Part shown: positions 8,889-17,688 of the stretch, in pieces
Layout of the letters: each line of letters begins with the position of its first letter
How positions within the stretch are numbered: the stretch's first letter is position 1
Source: a virus
Taxonomy: Duplodnaviria; Caudoviricetes
Reading direction: 5' to 3' (one strand)
Virus record (IMG/VR): IMGVR_UViG_2841517901_000005
Coordinates: 2,063 to 66,062 of that record
Length of the DNA stretch: 64,000 nucleotides
Made by a program: the position numbers and the translations under genes
Notes under the pieces: generated by a model
Told to the model about the DNA's origin: nothing
The model's input: the letters and a program-made list of their open reading frames with translations, nothing else
Databases searched by the model: none

Positions 8889-9643
8889 CAGACGGCCTTC
8901 CGTTCTTCGTGTATGGCGACGCCAGGAATGGCGCGGACACCGGCGGCGACCTGCCGGCTGGCGATGGCCGCAAGGGCCGCCGAGAGGTCGGCGCGGCAGT
9001 TCACCCAGACCCAGCGGGCGAACGCGGTCTCGTCGGTGACCTCGGCGCGGTAGGTTGTGCGGAGGGTGACCGCGCGCGTACCGCCACGAGCGCTGGCGCG
9101 GTCGGCCTCCGCCCGGCCGGCAGCCGCCGCGGCGCGGCGCGCGTCCTGCGCCAGGTCCTCGGCGTGCTCGCGCTCCTCAATGTCGGATGGCTTGCTCAGC
9201 TGCAGCGCCAGTGCTGCCTGCCGGGCCTGCTCATCAGCCTCGCGCCGCGCTGCCTCGGCCGCCGCCCGCTTCTCGGCCTCCTGCCGCTCGAGCCAAGGCG
9301 TCAGGGCTGCCTTGCAGACCTCGACGGCCAGCACCGCGCGGCCCTTCCCCGACTTGTTGTCCTGAATCAGCGCGCCGTAGCGCGCCTGGATCTCGGCCTT
9401 CGCTTCGTCATGCGGCTTGGCCTCGGCGACACGGCGCTCATCTGCCCGCTTGATGGCCTTGCGGAGCAGGTCGAGCAGCTTCGATACGCCGTCGGCATCG
9501 GCTTGACTCTTCACGCCATCGGCTTCGAGCCAGTGCCGTGCCTCAGCGCAGAGAGCGTCGATCTCGTCGCGCGAGACCTCGAACGGCGTGAGGGCGGGCC
9601 CGCCGTTGTGGCCCATGGCGGGAGCGGCGAGCACGGCGCTCAT
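8888..9643 (-). CDS. Coiled-coil phage recombination-associated protein
   Basis: MGHNGGP start, Ala/Glu/Arg coiled coil, C-terminal IPGVAIHEE. Confidence 0.7.
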   Translation of the reverse strand: MSAVLAAPAMGHNGGPALTPFEVSRDEIDALCAEARHWLEADGVKSQADADGVSKLLDLLRKAIKRADERRVAEAKPHDEAKAEIQARYGALIQDNKSGKGRAVLAVEVCKAALTPWLERQEAEKRAAAEAARREADEQARQAALALQLSKPSDIEEREHAEDLAQDARRAAAAAGRAEADRASARGGTRAVTLRTTYRAEVTDETAFARWVWVNCRADLSAALAAIASRQVAAGVRAIPGVAIHEERKAV

Positions 9644-9954
9644 TCGGCCACCCGAGTGCGCAGGATTTCGTCGATCCGCGCCTTGCGAGCTGCGATAGCG
9701 GCGCGGTCGGCTGCCGACTCCCATCGGAACACCAGCATCCCGAACAGCAGCTCTACGAGCACCGTGGTGCTACCGACGCAGATGCCGAGTTTCCAGCGCC
9801 AGCCGGCGCCGAAACGAGCTCCACCTTGGTTCAGCGGCGCCTTGAACCCGCCCGTAGAGCGCCAGCCATAGCCCTGCCAGGGCCAGCGCTCAGCCCGGAT
9901 GATGAGGTTGCCGACGCGCAGCACGTTCCTGTCGCGAGCGATCATCGCCGTCAC
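9640..9954 (-). CDS. Trp/Gly-rich phage hypothetical protein
   Basis: Coupled ORF in the leftward operon. Confidence 0.6.
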   Translation of the reverse strand: MTAMIARDRNVLRVGNLIIRAERWPWQGYGWRSTGGFKAPLNQGGARFGAGWRWKLGICVGSTTVLVELLFGMLVFRWESAADRAAIAARKARIDEILRTRVAE

Positions 9955-10262
9955 TCCGCCGCCAGCCGCGCCGGCCCGGCGGGCGCGAAGCGCTTCAGGA
10001 AATCGAGGTCAGCGAGCTTCACGGCATCCATGTCGCCGGTGCGCAACGCGGTGAGCTGCCGGGAGAGGTGCGCAGCGAATTCGCAGGCGGCGCCGAGCCG
10101 ATCGTCGAACTGAGCCATGTCGGCCCCGGCCCGACGGGCGCGCTCCAGGTCCTCGATGATTTCCTGAATGGCGCGATGGTGGGGTGAGATCGACGCGATC
10201 ATCGCCCGGATGCTGGAGGGCAGACGGGCAGCCTCGTCGGCCGCACGGAACAGGGCGGACAT
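9951..10262 (-). CDS. Phage hypothetical protein
   Basis: GGGAG RBS, start MSALFRAAD. Confidence 0.65.
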   Translation of the reverse strand: MSALFRAADEAARLPSSIRAMIASISPHHRAIQEIIEDLERARRAGADMAQFDDRLGAACEFAAHLSRQLTALRTGDMDAVKLADLDFLKRFAPAGPARLAAE

Positions 10263-10272
10263 GGAATACTCC

Positions 10273-10704
10273 CTAGTAGCCGGCTGCGGCGCGGTAGGTC
10301 GCGCGGACGTCGTCGTGGAAGGTCGGCTGCCCGATCGGCTCGGATGCCTCGATGGCGGCGGCGCAGTTGAGCTCCAGGCGCTTGATGATGGCGTCGGCGA
10401 GGTCGTCCTCGTCGAGGGGCGTTGGGCCGCCGGTGCGCCGCTCAGCTTCCCAGATGTCGGCGGCGCCGAGGGCGGCGAAGTGGATCTCGTCGACGGCGCG
10501 GCGGGCGGCCCACAGCTCCTGCAGCGTTTCATGGACCTGGACGAGTGTGGGCCGGTCCGCGTCGAGGCGGGTGTGGCCGGCGGCGATCCGGGCGATCATG
10601 ATGGCGGCGCGGCGCTCGGCAGCCTGAGCCCGGTGGCGAGCGGCCATCTGCGCGGCAGCGACCTTGGGGGCGGCGCTGGCGCCGGGGCGGAGGATGTCGG
10701 CCAT
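10273..10704 (-). CDS. Phage hypothetical protein
   Basis: Helical ORF with TGATG overlap. Confidence 0.65.
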   Translation of the reverse strand: MADILRPGASAAPKVAAAQMAARHRAQAAERRAAIMIARIAAGHTRLDADRPTLVQVHETLQELWAARRAVDEIHFAALGAADIWEAERRTGGPTPLDEDDLADAIIKRLELNCAAAIEASEPIGQPTFHDDVRATYRAAAGY

Positions 10705-10937
10705 CACCACCCCCGCCCGATCAGGAAGGCGGCGACGCCGAGCGCGATGAACGTGGCGATCACCAGCCCGAGGATGAAGAACCCTCTGACGAGACTGGTT
10801 CGGTCGTCGTTCGCCGCCTGCGCGGTCAGCACCTCGTCCACCCGCAGCGGCGGGAGGCGGCCGGCCGCCGGGAGCGTGCGGACGCGGTCAGTGATGTGAC
10901 GGCTGTGGCCGTTGGTCAGGAGCTCGGGGCGCATCAC
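10704..10937 (-). CDS. Small membrane protein
   Basis: C-terminal TM FFILGLVIATFIALGVAAFLI. Confidence 0.65.
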   Translation of the reverse strand: MMRPELLTNGHSRHITDRVRTLPAAGRLPPLRVDEVLTAQAANDDRTSLVRGFFILGLVIATFIALGVAAFLIGRGW

Positions 10938-11218
10938 AGCACGCTCCCGACGTAGAGAGCGACGACCTGGACGGAGGCGGCGAGGCCGACGAAGAGAGCG
11001 GCGACACCAGCGACCCGCGACGCCGTCACGGCGAGCCGGTCGGCCCGGTCGATCAGGATGGCCTGCCGGACCGCCTCAGCGTCGATGTGAGGAATGGGGT
11101 AGCGGCGTGCGCTGCCGTCGTGCGCCTCGAGCTGCGGGAGGGGCGCGGTCACCAAGGCGGCGTGCAGCGCGCGGTAGCGGGCCTGCTCGGCGTCGAGGAT
11201 GTTGAAGGCGGTGTGCAT
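10934..11218 (-). CDS. Small membrane protein, first gene of the leftward operon
   Basis: C-terminal hydrophobic helix; follows the PL-like promoter. Confidence 0.65.
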   Translation of the reverse strand: MHTAFNILDAEQARYRALHAALVTAPLPQLEAHDGSARRYPIPHIDAEAVRQAILIDRADRLAVTASRVAGVAALFVGLAASVQVVALYVGSVL

Positions 11219-11253
11219 CGGCGGGGTCCATCGCGGGGTGGCGATGGCTTACG

Positions 11254-11302
11254 ATATTCATGCGCCATGTAGATCGCAAGCGAAAAATACATGGAGCGTG
11301 AA
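11254..11302 (-). promoter_or_regulatory. PL-like promoter/operator
   Basis: Minus strand TTGCGA-17-TATCGT; 23/27 identical inverted copy of 11990-12016; extra TACATGGAGCGTGAA site at 11288-11302. Confidence 0.7.
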
Positions 11303-11371
11303 CTTGACGCTCGGCGGCGGGTTCGCGCATGCCGTGCACCGTGTCGCCGGAACAACTAGGCTTGCAAATTC

Positions 11372-11386
11372 GTTCTCAATTTGTTC
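11372..11386 (+). promoter_or_regulatory. Alphaproteobacterial LexA (SOS) box
   Basis: GTTC-TCAATTT-GTTC = GTTC-N7-GTTC in an AT-rich stretch after TTGCAA. Confidence 0.8.
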
Positions 11387-11435
11387 TCATATGCTAACAC
11401 CGGGCATCGGCCCGGCTCGGGCGACGAGGCGCGCG

Positions 11436-11633
11436 ATGGGTCAGGCCAAAGACGGGGCATCCGAAGAGGTTTGGCTTAAGCGCCAAGCTCTGCAGGTCGT
11501 CATGCAGCTGCCGGATGATATGGACGAGGCCTTAGCCGTCCTGCGGTATGCTGAGACATTGGTGAAAACGTTTCTTGCCGACGCTCCTAAAACTGAGAGT
11601 CGGCCTGAGAATGTCGTGCAACTAATTCGCTAA
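11436..11633 (+). CDS. Small helical protein, candidate SOS-induced antirepressor
   Basis: 65 aa (WLKRQALQVVMQLPDDMDEALAVL), GAGG RBS, downstream of the LexA box, convergent with cI. Confidence 0.65.
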   Translation: MGQAKDGASEEVWLKRQALQVVMQLPDDMDEALAVLRYAETLVKTFLADAPKTESRPENVVQLIR

Positions 11634-11938
11634 GCGGTTTCGCGCTTGGTTTCCTGCGTCGATCGTAAGCGACGAATGCCATCTCCAACATGAACCGGCA
11701 GGAAAGCATCAATCCCGCGGTATATATAATCTAGAGGAATACCTGTCGCGTTCGCTACTTTAAGAGCCTCGTCCAGGCTTATCCGGTTTTTGCCCTTTTC
11801 ATAATTGTTCCACGTGTTCGTGGCGATGCCAGCCCGGCGGCAGATTTCCGCTTGGCTGAGTTCTAACGCTTCGCGAACGAGCTTCAGCCTCGCTCCGATC
11901 GCTTCCTTGCTTGTGGGGTTCTGCGTCGTGTCGGCCAT
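11630..11938 (-). CDS. cI: CI-like repressor (XRE HTH only, no S24 peptidase domain)
   Basis: IGARLKLVREALELSQAEICRRAGIATNTWNNYEKG; divergent from cro; lower GC. Confidence 0.85.
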   Translation of the reverse strand: MADTTQNPTSKEAIGARLKLVREALELSQAEICRRAGIATNTWNNYEKGKNRISLDEALKVANATGIPLDYIYRGIDAFLPVHVGDGIRRLRSTQETKRETA

Positions 11939-11989
11939 GCCCCATTTTGCCGGGGTGGCCGACCCGCGATCCATCCACATCTCGCGGCG

Positions 11990-12019
11990 CTTGCAATCTA
12001 CACGCTGCATGAATATACA
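11990..12019 (+). promoter_or_regulatory. PR-like promoter/operator; probably a leaderless cro mRNA
   Basis: TTGCAA-17-TATACA ending 6 nt before the ATG at 12026; no RBS. Confidence 0.65.
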
Positions 12020-12025
12020 GGCTCT

Positions 12026-12271
12026 ATGAACGAGCTTGCGACCACCAGCGAAGTGATCGATGCCCTAGGCGGCACGACGCGAGTTGCGCGCCTCACCGGG
12101 CGCAAACTCGCTGCTGTCTCGAACTGGCGCGAGAAGCAGAGCTTCCCGCCCAGCACGTTCCTCGTGATGCAGGCGGCGCTTGCGAACGCGGAAAGATCGG
12201 CGCCGGCGACGCTGTGGGGGATGCTCGTCCCGCCGACGACGTTGTCCGATGAGGCGGGGGCCGCGGCATGA
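12026..12271 (+). CDS. cro: Cro-like repressor
   Basis: VIDALGGTTRVARLTG...AVSNWR...FP. Confidence 0.85.
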   Translation: MNELATTSEVIDALGGTTRVARLTGRKLAAVSNWREKQSFPPSTFLVMQAALANAERSAPATLWGMLVPPTTLSDEAGAAA

Positions 12272-12549
12272 CCCGCCCCCATCCCGCCGCTGACCGCGGC
12301 ACTTACATCGGCCTCACGCGAGGCTGTCACGAGATGGACCGCGACGCGGATCGGGCCGGTGTGAACGCGCCCGAGACGGTGGCAGCGGAAAACGCCCTGG
12401 AGGCGCCGGGCAACCGGGCAGGACGCGTGAACCATGCCGGACCGGGTGAAAGCCCCGGGGCCAAGCTCGACCGCCCGCTCGCCGCCGGCGAGCGCCTGAC
12501 CGCCGACGGCGACCGTATTTCGGTCCGTCAGAATTCGCGGGAGGCGTGA
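12268..12549 (+). CDS. Hypothetical protein
   Basis: ATGA coupling with cro. Confidence 0.45.
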   Translation: MTRPHPAADRGTYIGLTRGCHEMDRDADRAGVNAPETVAAENALEAPGNRAGRVNHAGPGESPGAKLDRPLAAGERLTADGDRISVRQNSREA

Positions 12550-12550
12550 G

Positions 12551-12748
12551 ATGCCGAACGCTCCCCGCATCTCCCGTCGCCACGGCAACCGCACCGTCCT
12601 GACCTCCGAGGCGGTCGCGTTCGTCGCGCTCGTGCTCGGCATCCTCGGCCTGTGGGCGGTCGCCATGGCCGGCTGCCTGTCGAAGCGCGCCTCGCAGCCC
12701 AACCCGCTCAACGGGTCGGTGCGTGTGCTGTCGGAGGTGGCGCGATGA
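12551..12748 (+). CDS. Small membrane protein
   Basis: GGAGG RBS; one TM helix. Confidence 0.6.
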   Translation: MPNAPRISRRHGNRTVLTSEAVAFVALVLGILGLWAVAMAGCLSKRASQPNPLNGSVRVLSEVAR

Positions 12749-13206
12749 GCCGGCCCGCCCGCCTCAAGCCTAACCAGCCCGACCCGCTCAGCGACGCCTT
12801 CGCGGCGAGCTACGAGGAAGGCCTGACCCTGGACGCGGTCGCGCAGCGCCATCACGTCTGCCGCGAGCGCGTCAGGCGCGCTTTTTCGAAGCGCCGCGGC
12901 TTCTCTCTGCGGATGCGCCGAGACGACAACGCGCGGTGTATGGCGCGCGCGGCCGACCAAGCCCATGCGATGCTCGACGAGGTGCGTGCACGTCGCGTCG
13001 ATCCATCCCCGCGGTTCGCGATCGGCACCTCGACAGCCATTCACATTCTGCGCGCGCGCTGCCGCATCGTCGGCCCGCTCTGCGTGGACAGCCCAACCAT
13101 CGCCGCCGCGCACGCCGCCGGCCTGACCCTCGACGACATTCACGAGGTGTTCGCCGTGCCGCCGGTTGAGGCGGTGCGCGCTATCGCCGCCCACGCGGGG
13201 CGCTGA
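12745..13206 (+). CDS. HTH-containing phage protein
   Basis: GGAGG RBS; YEEGLTLDAVAQRHHVCRERVRR. Confidence 0.6.
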   Translation: MSRPARLKPNQPDPLSDAFAASYEEGLTLDAVAQRHHVCRERVRRAFSKRRGFSLRMRRDDNARCMARAADQAHAMLDEVRARRVDPSPRFAIGTSTAIHILRARCRIVGPLCVDSPTIAAAHAAGLTLDDIHEVFAVPPVEAVRAIAAHAGR

Positions 13207-13209
13207 GCC

Positions 13210-13470
13210 ATGCTTGCGTCCCTTCACGATCACGTCGGGGCCCCCGATGTGCGCGCCTACGTCCTTCCGGTCGCCCCCACCCAGGGCGTAGGCGCACCCT
13301 TTTTCCTCTCGCCGCGGCGTCTCGCAGGAGCGCGGCTTGAGGCGCCCGGCCGGTGTCATCGCAAGACCTCCCGGCCGGGCCGCTCCCTTTCGCGTGATCG
13401 TCTGTGCTTGGCGGCCGCCGATCACGCCTGCGTTCGTGCGTCTATCCACCTCAACCTGGCGAGGCGCTGA
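13210..13470 (+). CDS. Hypothetical protein
   Basis: Fills the operon gap; weak evidence. Confidence 0.3.
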   Translation: MLASLHDHVGAPDVRAYVLPVAPTQGVGAPFFLSPRRLAGARLEAPGRCHRKTSRPGRSLSRDRLCLAAADHACVRASIHLNLARR

Positions 13471-13471
13471 C

Positions 13472-13903
13472 ATGTCGTTCGCCTCCACCATCTCTTCCGG
13501 CTCCCTTTCCGAACAATCCCCGATGTCCACAGCATCGGGGAGCGCGATGAGAAAGTCCGGTTCGGATCTGCGAAAGTTTTCGCAGATCGACGCCCGAACG
13601 TTAGCGGAACGGGCATGTCATTTCTTGCGTGAGCGCTATCCGGCCAAGACGGCGATGTACGTTGCGGCCGACATCGGTGTTGCGGTCGGCACCGCACGCA
13701 AGTGGCTCGACCAGGGCCATTGCCCCTCGGGCCCGGCCTATGACGCGATGATCGCGACCTACGGCGCGGCGTTTTTGTGCGCGATCCGGCCCGACGAGGC
13801 TGGGTGGTGGCATCGGGTCGCTCGCGCCGAGCGCCAAGCCGCGCTCGAGGCCCGGGCCGAGGCGATCGAACAGCAGCTCGCGAGCCTGCGAGGTGCCCGA
13901 TGA
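13472..13903 (+). CDS. CII-like HTH regulator (start uncertain)
   Basis: YPAKTAMYVAADIGVAVGTARKWLD plus a C-terminal coiled coil. Confidence 0.65.
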   Translation: MSFASTISSGSLSEQSPMSTASGSAMRKSGSDLRKFSQIDARTLAERACHFLRERYPAKTAMYVAADIGVAVGTARKWLDQGHCPSGPAYDAMIATYGAAFLCAIRPDEAGWWHRVARAERQAALEARAEAIEQQLASLRGAR

Positions 13904-14109
13904 GCCCGAACGTCTACGGCATCGCTGCCTCGGTCCTGCGTGGCATTGCGGAAGGGCTGATGCTCCCCGTCCATCCGCTCCTGCGCTGGTCGCGCTGGTG
14001 CGAGGATCGGGCATGGCGCGCCGCCGCCAAGGCGCCGCCGGAGTGGCTGCGTCGGTTCTGGGCGCGCGACCGCCCCGGACATCGTCAAGAGGGCCGCGAC
14101 CGTGGCTGA
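13900..14109 (+). CDS. Hypothetical protein
   Basis: GAGG RBS, ATGA overlap. Confidence 0.55.
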   Translation: MSPNVYGIAASVLRGIAEGLMLPVHPLLRWSRWCEDRAWRAAAKAPPEWLRRFWARDRPGHRQEGRDRG

Positions 14110-14347
14110 CGCCCTGTTCGAGGTCCGCCACGGCGGCGCCGGCCTGACCCTCGTCACTGATGCCGGCATCTCGACCGCCACCGTCGCGGTCGGGCTCGGG
14201 CGCGTGATGCTCGCCGTCGCTCAGCCTGGTGGCGCGGCCGACCTGCTGCTCGACCCGGTCGACGCGCGCCACCTCGCCGAGCGGATCCTGCTCGCGGCGG
14301 GCGAGGTCGAGACCGCGGCCGAGGCCGGGGCGGAGGACGCCGCATGA
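14102..14347 (+). CDS. Hypothetical protein
   Basis: Coupled ORF. Confidence 0.6.
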   Translation: MADALFEVRHGGAGLTLVTDAGISTATVAVGLGRVMLAVAQPGGAADLLLDPVDARHLAERILLAAGEVETAAEAGAEDAA

Positions 14348-14691
14348 CACAGCGCATCGGCCTCACGCTGAAGCAGCGCGAGCTGCTGACTTTCATCGAG
14401 CGGTACATCGCCGCCAGCGACGGCGTGCCGCCGAGCTACGACGAGATGCGCACGGGGGTCGGGCTGCAAAGCAAGTCCGGCATCGGCCGACTGCTGAATG
14501 CCCTGGTCGAGCGCGGTCATCTTCACCGTCTCTCGCGTCGGTCCCGCGCGATCGTGCTGGCCGCGACGCCGGCGGCGCTCGAGCTGCCTGCCTCGATCCA
14601 GGCGCGCATCCGCAACCTGGCCGACCGCGCCGGCACCACTCCCCACGCCTTCCTGAGCGCCGTGCTCGATGCCCATGGAGATCGCCCGTGA
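14344..14691 (+). CDS. LexA-type DNA-binding domain fused to an RHH-like tail; no peptidase
   Basis: LTLKQRELLTFI...GVPPSYDEM...GLQSKSGIGRLLNALVERGHL..L..RSRAI. Confidence 0.85.
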   Translation: MTQRIGLTLKQRELLTFIERYIAASDGVPPSYDEMRTGVGLQSKSGIGRLLNALVERGHLHRLSRRSRAIVLAATPAALELPASIQARIRNLADRAGTTPHAFLSAVLDAHGDRP

Positions 14692-16505
14692 CCGCGCTCG
14701 CCGTCGCTGAAGCCCGGCGCGACGCCGGCATGCAGGTCGCCGCGGATGCGGAGGCCGCCGAGCAACCAGGCTTCAGCGCCCTAGCCTACGCGACGATCCT
14801 GCGCCTTGCCCGGGAGCAAGCTACGGTCCACATCGACGACGTCCTCGCCGCTTGCCCGGCCCGCCCGCGCCACCACAATGCTTGGGGCTCCGTGTGGATG
14901 CAGGCGATCCGCGAGGGCGTCATCGAGCGCACCGGCGACACCCGGCACTCGGCCGACCCGCGGAAGAACAAGCACCTCTACCCGGTCTATCGCAGCCTCG
15001 TGCAGGGGCAGCCGGCGCCTGCCGAGACCGTGAGCGCGCCCGCGCCGGCCGCGTTCTCCGCTCCGGCAGTGGCGCGCATCGTTCGCGCCGCGTCGCTGAG
15101 CGACATCACCTCCTACCGCGATCTCATCTCTCGCAAGCGCGTCGCCGCCGAGCCGCAGGGCTTCGCCGACGTCGGCAGCCGGGACATCCTGCCGGGCTTG
15201 TTCCCCCATCAGGAGCACTGCCTGGAGTTCGCGCTGCGCGCCGGCCGCGCCGCCGAGTTCCTGGATACCGGGCTCGGCAAGACGGCGCTGGCACTCGCTT
15301 GGGGTGATGCTGTCGCGCGCCGGACGAATCGCCCGGTGCTGATGCTGGCACCCCTCGCCGTCGCGGCGCAGCACCACGCCGAGGCCCAGCGCATCGGCGT
15401 CGAGGCCCGGCTATCGCGCTTCGGGGCCGCGCCGGAGCAGGCCTGCATCGCCATCACCAACTACGAGCGGCTGGAGCGCTTCAACCCGGACGACTTCGCG
15501 GGGGTGATCCTCGACGAGAGCTCGATCTTGAAGAGCTTCACCGGCTCCACCAAGCGCAAGCTGGTCGAGACCTTCGCCCGCACGCCGTACCGGCTCTGCT
15601 GCACGGCGACGCCGGCGCCGAACGATCACACCGAGCTGGGTCAGCACAGCGAGTTCCTGGGCGTGATGCGCCCGCCGGAGATGCTGTCGCGGTGGTTCAT
15701 CGCCGACCAGGCGAACGCCGGCCGGTACCGCCTGAAGAAGCCGGCCGTGCGCTCGTTCTGGGACTGGGTCGCCTCCTGGGCCCGGTGCGTGTCGCGGCCG
15801 TCGGATCTCGGCTTCAGCGACGACGGCTTCGTGATGCCCGAACTCGTCGTGCGCCGGCACATCGTTCAGGCCGACCGCTCGGTTGATGCGGGCGAGGAGA
15901 AGGGCGGCCAGGGCAGGCTGTTCCGGATCCCGAGCGCGTCGGCGACCTCGATCCACCAGGAGAAGCGACTCACCAAGGACGAGCGCGCCGCCCGGGTCGC
16001 CGAGCTGGTTCGCGCCGAGCCGGATGAGGCGTGGATCTGCTGGGTCGAGACCGACTACGACGCCGACGCCCTCAAGGCCCTGTTGCCCGAGGCGACCGAA
16101 GTGCGGGGGTCGATGTCGATCGACCAGAAGGAGGAGCGGCTGGCCGCCTTTTCTTCCGGCGCGGTCCGCATCCTCATTACCAAGCCCAGCATCGCCGGCT
16201 TCGGCCTCAACTGGCAGCACTGCGCCCGCATGGCGTTCATGGGCCTCTCGTTCTCCTACGAGGCCTTCTACCAGGCCGTCCGCCGGTGCTGGCGCTTCCG
16301 CCAGCTGCGCGAGGTCATCGCCCACGTCGTCTGCGCCGACACCGAGGCGTCGATCTGGGACGTCGTGAACCGCAAGGCCGGCGACCACTCGGCGATGAAG
16401 CTCGCGATGTCGGCCGCCATGGCGCGCGCCGCCCAGTCTCACCGTGTCCTCGAGACCTATGACCCGCAACAGGGAGCGCGGTTGCCCGCGTGGATGGTGC
16501 CATGA
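14688..16505 (+). CDS. SNF2/DEAD-like helicase with an N-terminal extra domain
   Basis: DTGLGKT, ILDESS, TATPAPND, GFGLNWQ, QAVRRCWRF; GTG start after GGAG. Confidence 0.9.
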   Translation: MTALAVAEARRDAGMQVAADAEAAEQPGFSALAYATILRLAREQATVHIDDVLAACPARPRHHNAWGSVWMQAIREGVIERTGDTRHSADPRKNKHLYPVYRSLVQGQPAPAETVSAPAPAAFSAPAVARIVRAASLSDITSYRDLISRKRVAAEPQGFADVGSRDILPGLFPHQEHCLEFALRAGRAAEFLDTGLGKTALALAWGDAVARRTNRPVLMLAPLAVAAQHHAEAQRIGVEARLSRFGAAPEQACIAITNYERLERFNPDDFAGVILDESSILKSFTGSTKRKLVETFARTPYRLCCTATPAPNDHTELGQHSEFLGVMRPPEMLSRWFIADQANAGRYRLKKPAVRSFWDWVASWARCVSRPSDLGFSDDGFVMPELVVRRHIVQADRSVDAGEEKGGQGRLFRIPSASATSIHQEKRLTKDERAARVAELVRAEPDEAWICWVETDYDADALKALLPEATEVRGSMSIDQKEERLAAFSSGAVRILITKPSIAGFGLNWQHCARMAFMGLSFSYEAFYQAVRRCWRFRQLREVIAHVVCADTEASIWDVVNRKAGDHSAMKLAMSAAMARAAQSHRVLETYDPQQGARLPAWMVP

Positions 16506-17425
16506 ACGTCTTCGACTCGAAAATCAGCCAGCGCTTCGCTGTTTACAATGCGGACACGGTAGAATTCACGGCTGAGATGCCCGACGACAGCATCGACTTT
16601 TCGGTCTACTCGCCTCCATTTTCCTCGCTATATATTTATTCAGAGAGCGAGCGCGACATGGGCAATGTCGGCTCAGACGAGGAATTCCAGGCCCACTACC
16701 GGCACCTCGTGCGCGAGCTGTTCCGGGTCACCAAGCCCGGCCGGCTGACGGCGATCCACGTCAAGGATCTCGTCTTCTACTCGAACGCCTCCGAGAAGGG
16801 TGACCGCGGCATCCGCGACTTTGTCGGCGACTGCATCCGGACCCACACCGCCGAGGGCTGGACCTATCACCGCCGCATCACGATCGACCGCTGCCCGGTC
16901 CGCGAGATGCAGAAGACGAAGAGCGACCGGCTCCTCTACAAGAACTTCCGCACCGACGCGGCGCGCACGGGCGGGGGCTTGCCCGAGTACATCGTCGTGT
17001 TCCGGAAGTGGGCTGACGGCATGGATGCCGTGCCGCCGGTCCTGCACGACCCGGAGACGCACCCGCTGGAGTCCTGGCAGGACCTCGCCCAGCCGGTCTG
17101 GATGTCCTCGGGCATCTGGTACGACACCGATGAGACGGACGTGCTCAACGTTCGCGTCGCCCGGGACGCCGAGGCCGAGAAGCACCTGTGCCCGATGCCG
17201 CTTGATCTCACCGAGCGCCTGGTGCGCCAGTATACGAACCCCGACGAGACGGTCTACTCGCCGTTCATGGGCATCGGCTCGGAGGGCTACCAGGCTCTAC
17301 TCCAGGGCCGCCGCTTCCTCGGCACCGAGCTGAAGGCCAGCTACTACGCCCAGGCCGTGAAGTATCTCGGCGAAGCTGAGCGCCAGGGTGCGCGGGCCGA
17401 TCTCTTCGCCACAGCGGCGGAGTAG
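16502..17425 (+). CDS. DNA methyltransferase, N4/N6 beta class (probably m4C)
   Basis: SPPF catalytic motif before the PFMGIGS SAM motif; HLCP. Confidence 0.92.
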   Translation: MNVFDSKISQRFAVYNADTVEFTAEMPDDSIDFSVYSPPFSSLYIYSESERDMGNVGSDEEFQAHYRHLVRELFRVTKPGRLTAIHVKDLVFYSNASEKGDRGIRDFVGDCIRTHTAEGWTYHRRITIDRCPVREMQKTKSDRLLYKNFRTDAARTGGGLPEYIVVFRKWADGMDAVPPVLHDPETHPLESWQDLAQPVWMSSGIWYDTDETDVLNVRVARDAEAEKHLCPMPLDLTERLVRQYTNPDETVYSPFMGIGSEGYQALLQGRRFLGTELKASYYAQAVKYLGEAERQGARADLFATAAE

Positions 17426-17430
17426 CCGTC

Positions 17431-17688
17431 ATGGCGCGCCCGAAACTCACGGCCTTGCGGGCGCCTTCCGCCGACCTGTTTCAGGACGGGCCGCCGGCCC
17501 GCGAGGTGGCGCCCGGTCCCGATCCGTCCTTCTGCAGCTTCTGCGGTGTCGCGACCTGGTCGCCCTACAGCCGTCGCCAGGCCGGATTCCGGCAATGGCT
17601 CAAGCCTGTCTGGACGGCGTGTGATGACCCCGATTGCCGCGTGCGGGTCGACGCAGCGGTGGAACAACCATCCGGGGCGGCTGCATGA
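17431..17688 (+). CDS. Small Zn-finger-like protein
   Basis: CSFC...CDDPDC. Confidence 0.6.
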   Translation: MARPKLTALRAPSADLFQDGPPAREVAPGPDPSFCSFCGVATWSPYSRRQAGFRQWLKPVWTACDDPDCRVRVDAAVEQPSGAAA

